This document shows positions 37,777 to 52,008 of a stretch of 64,000 nt of DNA, piece after piece. The stretch is from the human T2T-CHM13v2.0 reference genome, Homo sapiens. The position numbers and the translations under genes are program-made. The stretch lies in NCBI RefSeq assembly GCF_009914755.1, contig NC_060927.1; one strand, 5' to 3'. Numbering within the stretch: position 1 is the first letter of the stretch; every line of letters starts with the position of its first letter. The notes beneath the pieces were generated by a model. It saw nothing but the letters and a program-made list of their open reading frames with translations, did not search any database and had not been told where the DNA came from.

Positions 37777-40700
37777 GTTGTTGTTTAAAATTTTTTTTAA
37801 CTAAACTTTTTATTTTGAGATAATTTTGGATTCACATGTCGTTATCAGAAATACAGGTTGAGCATCCCAGATCTGAAAATTTGAAGTACAAAATGCTCTG
37901 AGATTCAAAATTTTTTTAGTGCCAACATGATTCTCAAAGGAAATGCTCACTGGAGCGTTTCAGATTCTGGATTTTTGAATTCGGTATGCTCAAATGGTAT
38001 AATGCAAATATTTCAAAATGAAAAAATTCAAAATCTGAAACACTTCTGATCTAAAGCATTTTGGACATTTTGGAAAAGGGTTACTCAGCCTGTAATACAG
38101 AGAGATCCCACGTGCCCTTTACCCAGATTCTTATAATAGGTGCATATTCAGTTTTTGTTTTTGTTTTTGTTTTAAAGAAACTTCCAAATGGTTTTCCAGA
38201 ATGGCTGTGTTTTCATTCCCACCAGCAGTATATGAATGATCCAGTTTCTCTGTATCCTCAACAGCATTTTTGGTGCTATCGTTTTTTGTGTGTGTGTGTT
38301 TTTTTAAACAACTTAAGCTGTTTCAGTAGGTATATGGCAATCTCATTGTGGTTTGAATTTGCATTTTTGTGATGCCTAATAATATTGAACATCTTTTCAT
38401 GCATTTATTTGCCATCTATATCTCTTTTGGTAAATTGTTCATGTATTTTCTCCCTTTTCTAACTGGAGTTTTTCTTACTGTTGAATTTTGAGTGTTCTTT
38501 ATATATCATCGATAACTAGCACCTTGTTATATATGTGGTTTGCATGTATTTTCTTCATCTGTAGCTTGTCTTTTCATCATCTTCTTAGGGTATTTAGAAA
38601 AGCAAATGTTTCAAATTTCAAAGTCCAGATTACTAATTTTACCTTTTATGGATCATGCTTCTGGTGTCAAGTCCAATAACTCAAATTTAACTAGCTCTAG
38701 ATTCTAAGATTTTATCTTATTTATTTTTCTTAAAATTTTATAGTTTTGCATTTTACATTTAAGTCCATGACCCATTTCAAGTTAATTTTTGTATGAGTTG
38801 ATCTCAGGTCAAAGTTCCTTTTTTTGCCTGTGTAAGTCTACTCGCTGTAGCACAGTTTGTGTGAAAAGGCTATCCTTCCTCCATTGAATTGCTTTTGGAC
38901 CTGGGTTAAAAAGAAGGCAGGCATATTTGGTGGGTTTCTTTATGGGTTCTCTATGCTGTTCCGTTAGTCTGTGTGTCTGATCGTCCACTGATACTACACA
39001 TTCTTGATTACCATAGCTATGTAAGTATTGAAAGCAGGTAGACTGACTCCTCACACTTTATTCATTTTTTTTTCAAATTGTTTTAGCTATTCTAGTTCCT
39101 TTGCATTTCCATGTAGAATTTAGAATCTTGTCTGTGTTGCTGTGTCTACAAGATTATAGGATGTGTCAAATCTGTATATCAATTTGGAGAGAATTGCCAT
39201 CTTCGCTATGTTTAGTTTTCTAATTCATGAACACTGTATGTCTCTTCAGTTACTGAGATCTCCCTTGATTTTTTTTCCATCAGCATTTTACAGTTTTCAG
39301 CATATGTATCCTGGACATGTTTTGTTGGATTCATGTTTAACTATTTTTTATTTCAGCTATTGTAATCTTCATTTTAGTGTCTACATGTTAAAATATTTTA
39401 ATTTTGATGTCCACATGTTCATTGCTCATATGTTAAAGTACAATTGATTAAATATAATATTTAACTGGTGTCTTTTGACTTTGCTAAAGTCATTCATTTT
39501 AGAAGATGTTTTTGTAGATTCCTTGGGATTTTCTGTATAGATTATCATGTCATCTGTAAATAGGGATCGTTTTGTTTCTTCTTTCAGGTCTGTATGCCTT
39601 TTTTTTTCCTTGACTTATTGCACTGGCTTGCACTTCCAGCACTATGTGAATAAGAGTAATGAGACTGGCCCTTCTTGTTCCTGATTTTAGGAAAAATATA
39701 TTCAGTATTTTTCTCTTGTAGTGTTAGCTGTAGGTTATTTTTAGATGCTCTTTTACCAAGTTAAAGTTTCCTTTGATTCCTAACTTCATTTAAGTTTTCT
39801 TTTTATCATGAATGGGTGTTGAATTATATCTAATATTTCTATACATCAATATGATTATATCATTTTTCTTCTTTATCCTGTTAATATGGTGGAGTACATT
39901 CCTTGATTTTTGAATATGGACTCATCCTTGTATTCCTGAAATAAATCCCTATTTACGTTGTATAATTTCTTTTAGATATTTCTGAATTCCTTTTGCTTAT
40001 GTTTTGTTAGGGATTTTTGTATCTGTATTCATGAGGAATATTAGTGTGTGTCTTCTTTTTTGGCATCATCTTTGTCTGGTGTTAGTTCGAAAGTAATACC
40101 AAAATTGTTTTTCTGTTTTCAATTTTACTGATTTCTGCTGTTTCTTCTTTTCTTAATTTCTGCTTATGTTAGGTTTATTTTGACTTTTCTTCAGGTACCT
40201 GAGGTGAGAATTTAAATTATTGATGTGCATGATGTCCTGTTTCAAAAAAAGTATTTAGTGCTACAGGTTCCCGTTTGAGCATTGCGTTTCCTGTTCTACT
40301 CATGTTGATATGCTATATTTTCATGTTCACTTGTTTCAATGTTATTTTCTCCCCCTTGAAACTTTTGACCCATGGATTATCTATAAGTACGTTGTTTAGT
40401 TTCCACGTGTTGGGGTATTTTCCTGTTTTCTTTCTGTTACTATTAATAATTTCTAATTTTATGCCCTTGTGACTAGGGGAGCCACTCTGTATGACTTCAG
40501 TTCTTTTAAAATTTGTTGAAGAATGTGTTTTATAGCATAACATGTAGTCTGTTTTGGTTTGTGTTCCCTGGGCACCTGAAAAAGAATGTGTATTCTGCTG
40601 TTGGGTCAGATGTTGTGTAAATGTTAATTAGATCCTGTAGGTTGATGATGTTGAGTTCTTATATATCCTTTCTGATTTTCTAATTGTTCTGTCAATTGCT

Positions 40701-43195
40701 GAGAGAAAGGTGTCAGTGTTTCTTACTATATTGTGGATTTGTCTGTTTCTCCTTTCGGTTCTATAAGTTTTTACTCTATATATTTTGTAGCTCCATCTAT
40801 GCATACACATTTAGGATTGGTATATTTTCTTGGCGATATGGCACTTTTATCATGATACAGTGTTTCTGTCTGTGATCATTGTTTTTTGCTCTGAAGTCTA
40901 CTTTTTCCTATTAATATAGCACTCCTACTTTATTTTGATTAATATTTGCATGATATACCGTTTTTCTTCTTTTACTTTCAGCCTACCTATGTCATTATAT
41001 TTGAAGTAAGTTTCTTGTAGATAGCATATAGTTAGATCATTTTTTTAACCACTGCCAGTCTGACTTTTAATTGGTGCATAACCCCATAACCCCTTTATGT
41101 CTCTTTACTTCCTCCATTGGTAATATAATCGTCTTAAAAGCTTTCTTTAACACATTTAGATCCACAGCAGATAGTATTCTAATTTGTTTCAGTCATCAAA
41201 CATAACTGTAAAATTCAAGAGAAGGAAAACTTATTATATTTACCCATATTTTTGTTTACCATTTTTTTTTTGTCCTTTCTGATGAATATCAGGTTTTTTC
41301 TTTCACTTTTTCTTCTCCGTTTATTGAATGTTTTTAGCTGCTCTTTTAGGGTAGTCTTTTGGGGAAAAATATCCATGTTTTTCTTCATTGGAGAGTGTCT
41401 TTATTCCCTTTCCATTGCTGAAGGGTATTTTCACTGGGTATAGGATCCTGGATCGACAGTCCTTTTCTTTTAGCACTGCAGAATGTGTCATTCCTTCTGA
41501 CCTCTGTGGTTTCTAATGAGGAATCTGTCATTTGAATGTTATTCCCATATAAGTAAGGTGTCTTTTTTCTCTTATTGTTTTCAAGATTTGAGAGGGAGGG
41601 GAGATGATTAATTTCCAGAAGTTTGACTATGTTGTGTCTTGGTATATATGTTTCTTTGCCACAGTTGGGAAGTTTTCAGCCATTATTTGAGTACTTTTTC
41701 AGCCCTGCTCTCTTTCTTCTCTCCTTTCTGGATTACAGTGACATGGATTTTAGTTCTTTTGTTACTGTTTCATAGGTCCCTGAGGCTCTGTTTATTTTTT
41801 TCAATATATTTTCTTTCTTTGGCTCAGATTGGGTAATTTCTTTTGTTTTATTTTCTCCTTTACTGATCTTTTTGCCTCTGTCCCCTCCATTCTACTGTTG
41901 AGCCCATTTGTTAAATTTTTTATTTTGGTTATTGAGGCTTTTAGTTCCAAAATTTCCATTTGGTTCTACTAATATATCTTCTGTTTCTTTGGGGAGACAT
42001 TTTATGTTTTCATTTGTTTCAGGCACGGTTGCTTATTAAAACATTTTTATGATGGCTGCTATAAAATCTTTGTCAGATAATCTAACAACACTTTCATCTT
42101 TGTTTTGTTGTCTGTTGATTGTATTTCCTCATTCAAGTTGAGATGTTCTTGGCTTTGGTATGAGAAGTGACTTTCCATTGAAACCTAGATATTTTGGGTA
42201 TTATGTTGTGAGACTGTGGATTTTACTTAAACCTCTTGTTTTAGTGGTGCCTTCTGAGACTGCTTTAGCAGCATGAAGAGGATGGCGCTGTCTTATTATT
42301 GCAAGATGAGAAGTCTAGGTTCTCACCTGTCCTCCATTGACACCTGAGTGGAAAAAGGAGTTTTTCATTCCTGCTGGGCAGGGGCACAGTCTACCTTTCA
42401 CCAGTAGGCTTCTGCTGATATCACTCTAACTGGAAGGGATAGGAATGACTCATTACTGTTTTATACATGGCCTTTACTGATACTATGGATGTAGAGGTGG
42501 GAAAGGGGGAGGTGGCCTCTTTACTACTGGGCAGTGGTCAAAATCCTGCTACTTCACTAGGCCCCTTCTGATGCCACCCAAACAGGGAGAGGAGAGAGAC
42601 ATTATTGCTGCATAGGGGGTTGGAAATTCTGTGTCGCCACATGATTGATTTCTGCGGAGTGTGTGTGGGGGGGGGTGGGGGGAGAAAATCGGAGGTCACT
42701 ACTTTTGCTTCTCTGCCACCCCCTCAGTATTGGGGTTGTGGCTCATCTTTATAACCTGGCCAGGGTAGAAGTCTAGGTTTAGTCCTCAACCATAGCCAGC
42801 ATTGGTTGGTGAAGGGCCACAGTTTTTTTTCTGTGATGATTGGCTTGTATAGAGCAGTTACTGTCTAAAAGTTTTCTGTCTTGCTATACTGCTCCTTTCC
42901 TGCTCCTTTGGCTAGAGAAAGCTGACTTTTGGGGGGAGCTGGCTTTTTTGTCTGTGCCCTGTTGGCATTTTTGGATTGCCAGCTTCTTCAGTTCGAAGTT
43001 GCAGATATGTGAAGTGAAAGGAAAATCCAGGAAACGTACCACTGTGTTGTTTCTTGGGTCCCCAAAGTCCCGAGCTTCTCTGCCCTTTTTCTGCCTTTCA
43101 CAGTCTTCTTAATGATTGTTTTATATATAATGTCCAGTATTTAAAATTCTACCTCATGGATATGCACATGTTTCATTTTTCTGGAAGTGGAATTT
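37735..43195 (-). mobile_element. Old L1M (L1MC/MD-type) with both termini and internal deletions
   Basis: T38 tail, 3' end, ORF2 peptides (HKGIKLEIINS...NTWKLNN), 5' region; TSD tcacctgcttttt at 37722 and 43198. Confidence 0.88.
37854..38092. mobile_element. Tigger4a/Zombi-like MITE nested in the L1 3' end
   Basis: TIRs caggttgagcatccc and gggttactcagcctg with TA on both sides. Confidence 0.88.
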
Positions 43196-43634
43196 ATTCA
43201 CCTGCTTTTTAATGTAGCAGAGAAAATAAAAATGCTGCATAGATTACATTATAAAGAATATAGCTTAGAACTCTAGGTAGAATTATTAACATTGGAATGG
43301 GTCTTTCAAAGACAGTTTGTCATCTCAGGTAATTTAGATATCGTTCAGCTTGAAGACCTGAGTTGCTGCCTGGTGACAGGCAGTGACATAGTGTTCTTTG
43401 ATTTTCTTTCCATGTGCTATTTTGGTCTTGGTTTTGTATATACAGTTAAAGCAGGAAGCATATTGGGTAGGATTATACCTTTGTAAGTCATTTTCAGCAC
43501 TGATGCAGTTCGGTTGATCCTACTGGCCTTCAGTGCCACGGGCCAAATTTATTTCAATCAATGAACTGATACAGCTCATCCCCTTTAAATACTCTTATTC
43601 ATAGATACACCAGTAATTTGTTTTTCTAGGTTTG

Positions 43635-45280
43635 CTTTTTTTAAACATGGGGCCTAAAAAAACTTTAATTTTTCGATTACCAGCAGTAATACTGGCTTTT
43701 TGTGTGTATCATTCTGTGAAGTTTAAAACATGTATAGATTTCGTGTACAGTTCTTTGTTAAAATTTAGAAAAGTTTCATCACCTGAAAAAATTCTCTTAT
43801 GTTTTTCATTTGTAGTCATACTTTCCTCCCAACCCTAACCCCTGGCAACCCCTGTTCTCTTCTTTATTACTGTAGTTTTGTCTTTTGGGGGCATGCCATA
43901 TAAACGGTGTCACGTGGTATACAACCTTTTGAGATCGCCTTCTTTCACTCAACATAATGCTTGAGGTTCATCCACATTGTTGCTTTATATCAACAGTTCA
44001 TTTCCTTTCTGTGCTTATCAGTAGTTCGTTATATGTAACTATATATATGCAGTTTATTTACCCCTTGGGTTGTTTCTACTTTATAGTAATTGTGAATAAA
44101 TACAGTGTAAACATTCATGTACAGATTTTTATGTTAGCGTAACTTTTGATTTATCCAGGGTTAATACCTAGGAGTGGGATTGCATACATATCCTGTACAT
44201 GCGTGTTTATATAAGAAATATCCAGATTTTTTCAGAGCAGCTATGCCATTTTGTACCCCACCTGTAAGCCCTTTATCTTTCTATCCTTTTCAACAGCATT
44301 TACCTTTACTTGTTAGAGAATTTTTATAAAGCCTCTTTAATGTCTTTATCAGGTAGTTTCAACATCTGTGTCATTTTAGAGTTGATATCTGTTGCTTGAG
44401 TGTCTTTTTTCTGTGCAAATTGAGATTTTTAAATTTATTCATGTGTTGATTGATTTTGAATTTTATTCTGGACATTTTAATTGTTATGAGACTCTGGGTC
44501 TTTTTTTACACATCCTGTGGAAAACATTGAGATTGTCGTTTTAGTAGTCAGTCAACTCAGTTAATTTCAGGATTCAAGTTTGATCCAGCCCTCTGTGACT
44601 TGTGGTTCCTATGTCAGTTCAGTTTTCAAAGTCTTTTCAGTGTTATTTGAATTTGTCCCACTTATTTGCCACCCAATGGCCAGTTTGGGAATTTGGCAGT
44701 GCTCTGATCAGTAGTTCAGCACTCAGTGTCTGCCTATGCTGTTTAGGATCAGATCCATGCTTGTGTAGCTTGGGTGAGATGAAGAGTTCATAAATAACTT
44801 GAAGGAATCACTTCCCTGAGCTCCTCCCTCTCTGCCATCGACGCAGTGCTTTGTTTTTGGTTCTCTGGTTAGGAAGCTGGAGTCTTTAATTACTGTGATC
44901 TGCTGTACAGTTTCCATGATTGTGCCCCTACCTGGGGACAAGCAGTGGGATGATAAAGAGGATAAAAACAACAGGGGTTAGCCTTACCCTCCTGGGATCA
45001 GTATTCCGTCAGTCAGAGATGAAGGTTTCCCACTTTCAGAATTTTTGCTCTCTTTCTGTGGACCCTGGTTTTTTGTGCCTTCTTTCTACCTCCACAGAAA
45101 TATTTGAGGCCCAGCATGTGAAAGAATAGAGAAAATGGTACTTCAAATTTTGTTGTTCTTCCTCTATTCCCTTCTACTTTTAGCTGCCACATGCATCTTG
45201 TCCAGGTTTTATAGCTACTTTTCATGGGACAGACAAAGTGAAGTGTGCTTATTCCTTCTTACTCAGAACCTGGGATCCAG
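43635..45280 (-). mobile_element. Old L1M: 3' end joined to a 5' region
   Basis: 3'UTR motifs (ctttcactcaacataatgc, atacctaggagtgggattgc) followed by 5'UTR-like sequence ending cttactcagaacc. Confidence 0.7.
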
Positions 45281-45318
45281 TGGGGTTGCTTTAGTATGGA
45301 AATCATTAACAGGAAGAG

Positions 45319-45493
45319 CAGGAGTAGATCCAGGTTTCATGGGGTCTGAAGGTTGTATAATTTGGAGACCCTCTTTAAGAAAAGGAATAGAAAGTTATGA
45401 ATATGAAATTAAGTACACTATTTAGAAGGGGTCATGAAAGTGAAGACCCCTGAAACTTAAAGTTTCATTGGTTTTAATATAAACCTGCCTTTG
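45319..45493. mobile_element. MER53-like hAT MITE
   Basis: gatccaggtttcatggggtctgaag...ccctctttaagaaaag...cccctgaaacttaa. Confidence 0.75.
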
Positions 45494-45764
45494 GGAAAAA
45501 GATAAAACATAAATACTGATTATGGGTTGGGCACTGTACAGGGTGATTTTAAATTCATGTTTTCACTTAGTATTCATAAATATAAGAATGTAACCTATTT
45601 TACTCCCTATTTTACAGACTCTCGTCTGTAAAGCAGATGTAGAGTAGTAATACTGTATAGATAGAAGTGTTAGAATTGACTTTTAAAACTCAAATGTGGC
45701 AGAATTCCAAAGCACCTTATCTTTTGACCACCCATCGCACTTTATGAAAGAGATTACAGATTAT

Positions 45765-45995
45765 AAGCATCAATCTAGGCTCATGGTTGAGTCTGCTCAG
45801 AAGCCAGGCTGCCAGGGTTCAATCATGTCTCTGCTATCAGTGTAACTCCGAGAAAGCTTCTCAACCCTTCCTTACCTCTGCACCTCTGTAAAATGGGTAT
45901 AATAGAGCCTACCTAAGGGGTGGTTATGAGGACTAAGTGGTTAATGTAAAGCATTTAGAATACCTCTGGCATATAGTAAGTGCTTTTTATCCATT
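45765..45995 (+). mobile_element. MIR
   Basis: ctgtaaaatgggtataatag...tggcatatagtaagtgct. Confidence 0.8.
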
Positions 45996-46298
45996 ACATA
46001 AAACAAGGCATTTAGATAAATTATATCACACTTTCTTTGCTGTGCTCATCAGCCTTGTTTTTTTTGTGTGTGTGTTTAAAAATTTTTATTTTTTTATTTT
46101 TTTGGAATCCTTTTTGCTTTGGATTCTATAGGCTAATAAACATCATATTTACAAGCTTAAAAGCAAAAAATATACAGTGTATGAAAAGTTATTTAAAAAT
46201 GCTGAAGGGCATAATAAAAGTATTAGAACAGTTTTTATCACTAAAAATGTATAACATATTAATAGAATTATCATGCAATACGGGACTGATTTCTTTTA

Positions 46299-46656
<358 letters not shown>

Positions 46657-47006
46657 TTAGGCAAATGGTAATTAGGCTGGTTATAAAATTCTTAGGCCAT
46701 GACTGATAATTCTATTATTTTATTTTCTTCTAGCATTGATTTTTGGAGAAGGTACTGCTAAAGCTAGCTGATTTTAAATAATTTCAAAGAGAGTTGCTGG
46801 ACAACTTTGGAATTTCTTCTTTCTGCCTCATTAGCTTTTTGTTCTCTTTCTGAGACTTAAGAGTTAGACTTTACTGTATCTCCTGTATCTCTTACCCTCT
46901 ATTCTGTAATTTTATACTTTTATCTCTACATGATTCATTTTGATTGTTTTATTCCAGTTTTGCTTCTGGTTCACTAATTTTCTCCTCAGCTGTGTATAAT
47001 CTAATT

Positions 47007-47306
47007 TTATTATTTTTTTTGGGACAGAGTCTCACTCTGTCTCCCAGTCTGGAGTGCAGTGGCACAATCTCAGCTCACTGCAACCTCCACCACACACACA
47101 GTAGCGATTCTCTTGCCTCAGCCACCTGAGTAGCTGGCATTACAGGCATGCGCCACTACACCCAGCTAATTTTTGTATTTTTATTAATAGTAGAGACGGA
47201 GTTTTGCCATGTTGTCCAGGCTAGTCTCGAACTCCTGGCCTCAAGTGATCCACCTGCCTTGGCCTCCCAAAGTGCTGTGATTACAGATGGGAGCCACCAT
47301 GCCTGG
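47007..47306 (-). mobile_element. Alu (AluS/Jb) within an old L1-like relic
   Basis: TSD taatctaatt at 46997 and 47307. Confidence 0.95.
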
Positions 47307-48087
47307 TAATCTAATTCTAGATTCATCCATTGAGTTTTTTAACATCAGTTATTTTTTTGTATGTCCAGAAACTCTGGTTTTGTTTTGTAGTTTCTTTTTC
47401 TTTGTTAAAATTCTTAAATTTGTTCTGGCCTTTTGGACATAAATGCTTATAGTCTGTATATAAAAACTTCACCATATAGGTGCCTTCATCTAGGTCCCCT
47501 GTAGCTCTAGAACTGTTGTCTTTTATTTCTCTTTGTTTTTATTTTATATGTAATTTCAACTTTTATTTTAGATTCAAAGGGTATGTGTGCAGGTTTGTTA
47601 CATGTAAGATTATTTAAATTGACAAATAATAATCGTATTTTTTCATGGGGTACATAGTGATGTTTTCATACATATAATATATATACCTTACATCTTGAGT
47701 TACAAAGACAAGTTATGAAAAAAGGGGATTTTCACTTACTTACACATAAGTTCTGGACATATTACATGCTTGGCACACAAGCTGAGACATGATCATTGGT
47801 AAAATAGGCTCCAAATTATACAATCGATAATATATTTTCTGTCAACAATTTTAAAGTTTTTCTAAAAGTTTAGGAACATTAATCTATTTCACAAGCAAAG
47901 CTAGAAGAAACATGTTCTATATGGGTGACTGGAAAATCTGAGATATTATAGGTTAAATGTTTTGGTGAAATGACCAAATAATGACAAAAAGAGAAAAAAC
48001 AGTTCAACAAAAAGATATTCCTGTTCCTAGCATATCTGATACCTTCCTGGGCTTTTCTGTAAAATAAAAATAGTTGTAGTATCAATC

Positions 48088-48896
48088 TGTATTAGTTATC
48101 TGTTGAAGTGTAACAAATTATGTGAAACTTAAAACAATGAACATTCATTCTCTCACAGTTTCTATGGTCAGGAATTTAGGAGTCACTTAGCTGTGTGATT
48201 CTGGCTCAGGGTATCTCATGAAGTACAGTCAAGATGGTGGCTTAGGCTCTATTCATGGGAAGCCTTGACTAGGACTGGGAGGATCACTTCAAGGTGGTTC
48301 ACTCACATGCCTGGCAAGGTTGTGCCTGGCTTGCAGGAGAGCTTATGAGTTTCCTCACCATGTGGACCTTTCCATAGGATTTTTTTTTTTTTTTTTTGAG
48401 ATGGAGTCTTATGCTGTCACCCAGGCTGTAGTGCAGTAGCATGTTCTCAGCTCACTGCAACCTCTACCTCCTGGGTTCAAGTGATTTTCCTGCCTCAGCC
48501 TCCCGAGTAACTGGGATTACAGGCACCCACCACCACGGCTGACTAATTTTTGTATTTTTAGTAGAGATGGGGTTTCATCAAATTTGCCAGGCTGGTCTCA
48601 AACTCCTGACCTCAAGTGATCCGCCCGTCTTGGCCTCTAGTGCTAAGATTAAAGGTGTGAGCCACCGCACCTGGCCTTCCATAGGACTTCTAAATGTTCT
48701 CATGACATTGCAGCTGGTATTTCCCAGAGCAAGTAGTCCAAGAGAGTAGAAGCCACAATGTCTTGAATGATCTGGCCTCAGAATTCTTACTATCATTTCT
48801 TCAGTATTTTACTGCTTACACGGGTCAGCCCTATTCATTGTGGAAGGAAGTACTACTAGGAAGTGAAAATTATTGGTTGGGCTTACTGGCTACCAC
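48088..48896 (-). mobile_element. MaLR solo LTR (MLT1F/G/H-like) interrupted by an Alu
   Basis: tgtattagttatct...ctggctcaggg...ggctaccac. Confidence 0.82.
48380..48676 (-). mobile_element. Alu (AluS) nested in MLT1
   Basis: TSD ttccatagga at 48370 and 48677. Confidence 0.97.
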
Positions 48897-51823
48897 CTTA
48901 TCTTACCGGATTACTGTAGCAATTAAATGAGATTATTCCAGTGAAGGCTTCTAGAACCTAGTAGGTGCTCATTGCAATACCTGTTTGATTAGTGTGTTTC
49001 CTATTGATGGTACTGGGCAGAAGAAATCAATTTCTGGCTGTTTCCCAAATGCAGAGGCTTATGTATCTCTATGAAGAAGAGATGAACACTGATCTGTGGC
49101 CAAAGAGATTAAATGTTGAGATTGTTATTGTAATTGGTAGTTTGTTTAGAAGCTTGATTGGTTGTTATTTAGGTTATTTAGGTTGTTATTTAGGTAGTAG
49201 CAATTAGTTTTGAGGCAAGAATATTGATAAGTGCTGGAAGCTACAATTTTGACCCACAGTGAACTCTTTAATTTGATTACCACCTAGCATGTAATCATTG
49301 AAGAAGAATAATGCATTTCAAGTGTTATACATGCATTTTTTATGATTGAATATCATTTAAACTTTTACTTTCTCTAAGTTTAACTAGGTTCAATTTTTTT
49401 TTTCTTTTCTAAATTGACCATATCTCACTATTGATAGTGATATAGGTATGGTTTCCTTATAGAGGACACTAATTATTTAAAAATAATATGTAACAAGAAT
49501 GTAAAATAGTTATTTTTATATGTTGTAAGAAAGAAAGCATGAACTTTCTTATTTAATGTTTTTCTCTAAATGAATTTTTCTTTAGTATCTGAAAGAGTTG
49601 CTTCTTTTTTCTTAGAATGCCTGTTTTGATTATGTTTTCAATGAGTTTTTTTCTCACTATAGCAATGAATAATAAGGGAACTATAATACTGGAAAATGTC
49701 CATCATTTTATAAAATCTAGAGTCTGATTACATCTGGTTATTTGTGAATGAAATTAACTGAAGCAATTATCTTCTTTAAACATAGGAATAAAACAAGTTC
49801 ATAAAGAGGTGGTACCCATGGCAATCAGTAGACTATCTTGATTTATCATGGTATTTATAAGTATTTGGCCACTGGAGGGCTCCATATTTTAAAAAATTAT
49901 ACCAAAGATATAAATGCTTACTGTACCAACTTTAAAGATAGAAATTCTATACAATTTTAAAGTATAGAAAGGTATAAAGGATTCCATATTTTGGAGTAGA
50001 ATTGCTAATAAGTAAAGATATTGAATTAAAAAGCAGCTGATTATAAATGAAAATTGTGTGCATGTGCAAATAAAGTGTATTTATCAAGAGTTTGCTTTTT
50101 TTATTGAAATGAAAAAAAAACATATTACCCAATTTTTAAAATAAAATATCTCTCAACTCAGATGTCAAAATACAAAACTAATCATTTGAAGCCTCTCAGT
50201 AAAGAAAGAAGTTGAAATAGATTAAATAATTTTTTTCTCATATCTTTTTTATATGTACCATTTTTTATATGAGGAAACCTTTTTTTAAGGATTCATTGAG
50301 ATTATTATTTCCATTTAATTTAAGAAACCCTCCAGTTATCTTAGTGACATAATATTAAAATTCACAGAACATTAGGACACGTGAAATTGAACCAAACATA
50401 AAATAGGTGTGTCATCAAATAGTTGGTTATCACTGATTTTTAGGGTTTTTTAATACTTAAAATTAGTATTTCTTTGGTCAAGATGTGCAATTTACACTGT
50501 CTTGCTCTGAAAATTGTCCTTCACAGCTTGTTTTTCTTTATTAAAATAAAATGGGAACTTATAGGGGTGAGAGATTAGAAACTCCATGTATTAGTACCCG
50601 AGAGAAGCATCTTTTTGCCTAGAGAAATTCTAGATAGTAAACTACATCATGTTTATCACAAACAGCATTTTTTATTTCCTTGATCTTTTTCCACTTGAAA
50701 GAAGTGTTTTGATTTCTTTGTAATTGTGAAGTGTTTACTTTTTAAATGTTTGAGCTGAGCTCTGGGAAGCTTGCAATTTCTAAGGTAGTTAGTTAAGCTT
50801 CCCCTCCCCACCCATAAAATTTGGGTCTCTTTGTACTCAGCTTGCAGAGCTGAGAATGTGTGTTTTGGGTGATTTGAGTAGCTAAGTTCTCAGGTTGTTC
50901 AGTAGCTTTTTCCGTTAGAACCTCCTCTTCACAAAAGGAAGATGAGATGCAAATTAATTGCTACTGAGGAGGAAACAAAACAAAATAATATGAAAAGCAA
51001 ACAACTTCCTTACAATTTCACTTGAAACCTATCCAGGGTCCATGAATATATAAATCCCAACTTATTTCTACATAGAAGGGCCAACTATTTATATAGGGAC
51101 AAAGATACCGATGAATTATGAGAGAAAGCTGTCCCTAAATTAGTACCCATTATGCACATGATGTTGAGCACCATTGTGGAATGATGTTTGAAGCTACTGT
51201 GAAATAACTGGGCAGCCTCACAGAGGATATATTCCCCCTCATCTCCCCTGCTCATTGGTATGTTAAAGATGATAACCAATGTCATTAACTTTTGGCCATG
51301 GGATATGTTTTTTTTTTCCTTCTACAAACACATCATTCAGTGCCAAACGTGTTCCATCTATTTAATAGTAATCATGGCATACTTCTGGTTGGAGCTTAGT
51401 GGTCACACAGAAATTTTGCCCTCCTCTTGCAGCCACAGAATGCATTCTTAATATAGTCAGCTGAGTTGCAAAACATGTTTATCAAATGTGGTGGAGAACA
51501 TAGGAAAGGGCATGATGAACCAACCACATCTCTTCCTTATTGCTTTGTGAACGTAAGGACAGTTTCACATTGCGTATTTTGAGACTTTCCTCCAACACCA
51601 TTTTTTTTAATACACAGATCCATTCAAATATGTGGCATAAACTGGTGAGATGCGTGTCTGTAGAGGTACAGTCTTGCTATAAAAGAGAATAAGCCTAACT
51701 GGTCTGATTCAATATTACCTGTGACCGTTTTAAACCCTCCACTTTAGTCCTCTGAGCTCATCAGTCACAAATACTATCAATTTTTAACACTTAGTTGTTA
51801 TCACTTCAGTCCTTCTATATCCA

Positions 51824-52008
51824 TAGCGGTTCTCAAGTCTGACGGCACCTTAGAATCCCCTGGGGAGCTTTTCCAGCTCTGGATGCCTGAGACCAATGTT
51901 CAGGATTATTCTGATTTAATTGGTTTAGGGGAGAGAATGTGTGGTTATCTGCATATTTTAAAGTGTCTCCTGTGATTGTGTTTTGTAGTCTAGCTTGAGA
52001 GTGATTGA
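51824..52008. mobile_element. MER5A-type hAT MITE
   Basis: gcggttctcaagt...ttagaatcccctggggagctt...ttctgatttaattggt...ttgagag. Confidence 0.8.

Noticed and set aside
49161-49198. Short ggtt(gtt)attta repeats; CRISPR-like or telomere-like array
   Set aside because: Only three units of a simple slippage repeat in eukaryotic DNA; no spacers, cas genes or TTAGGG
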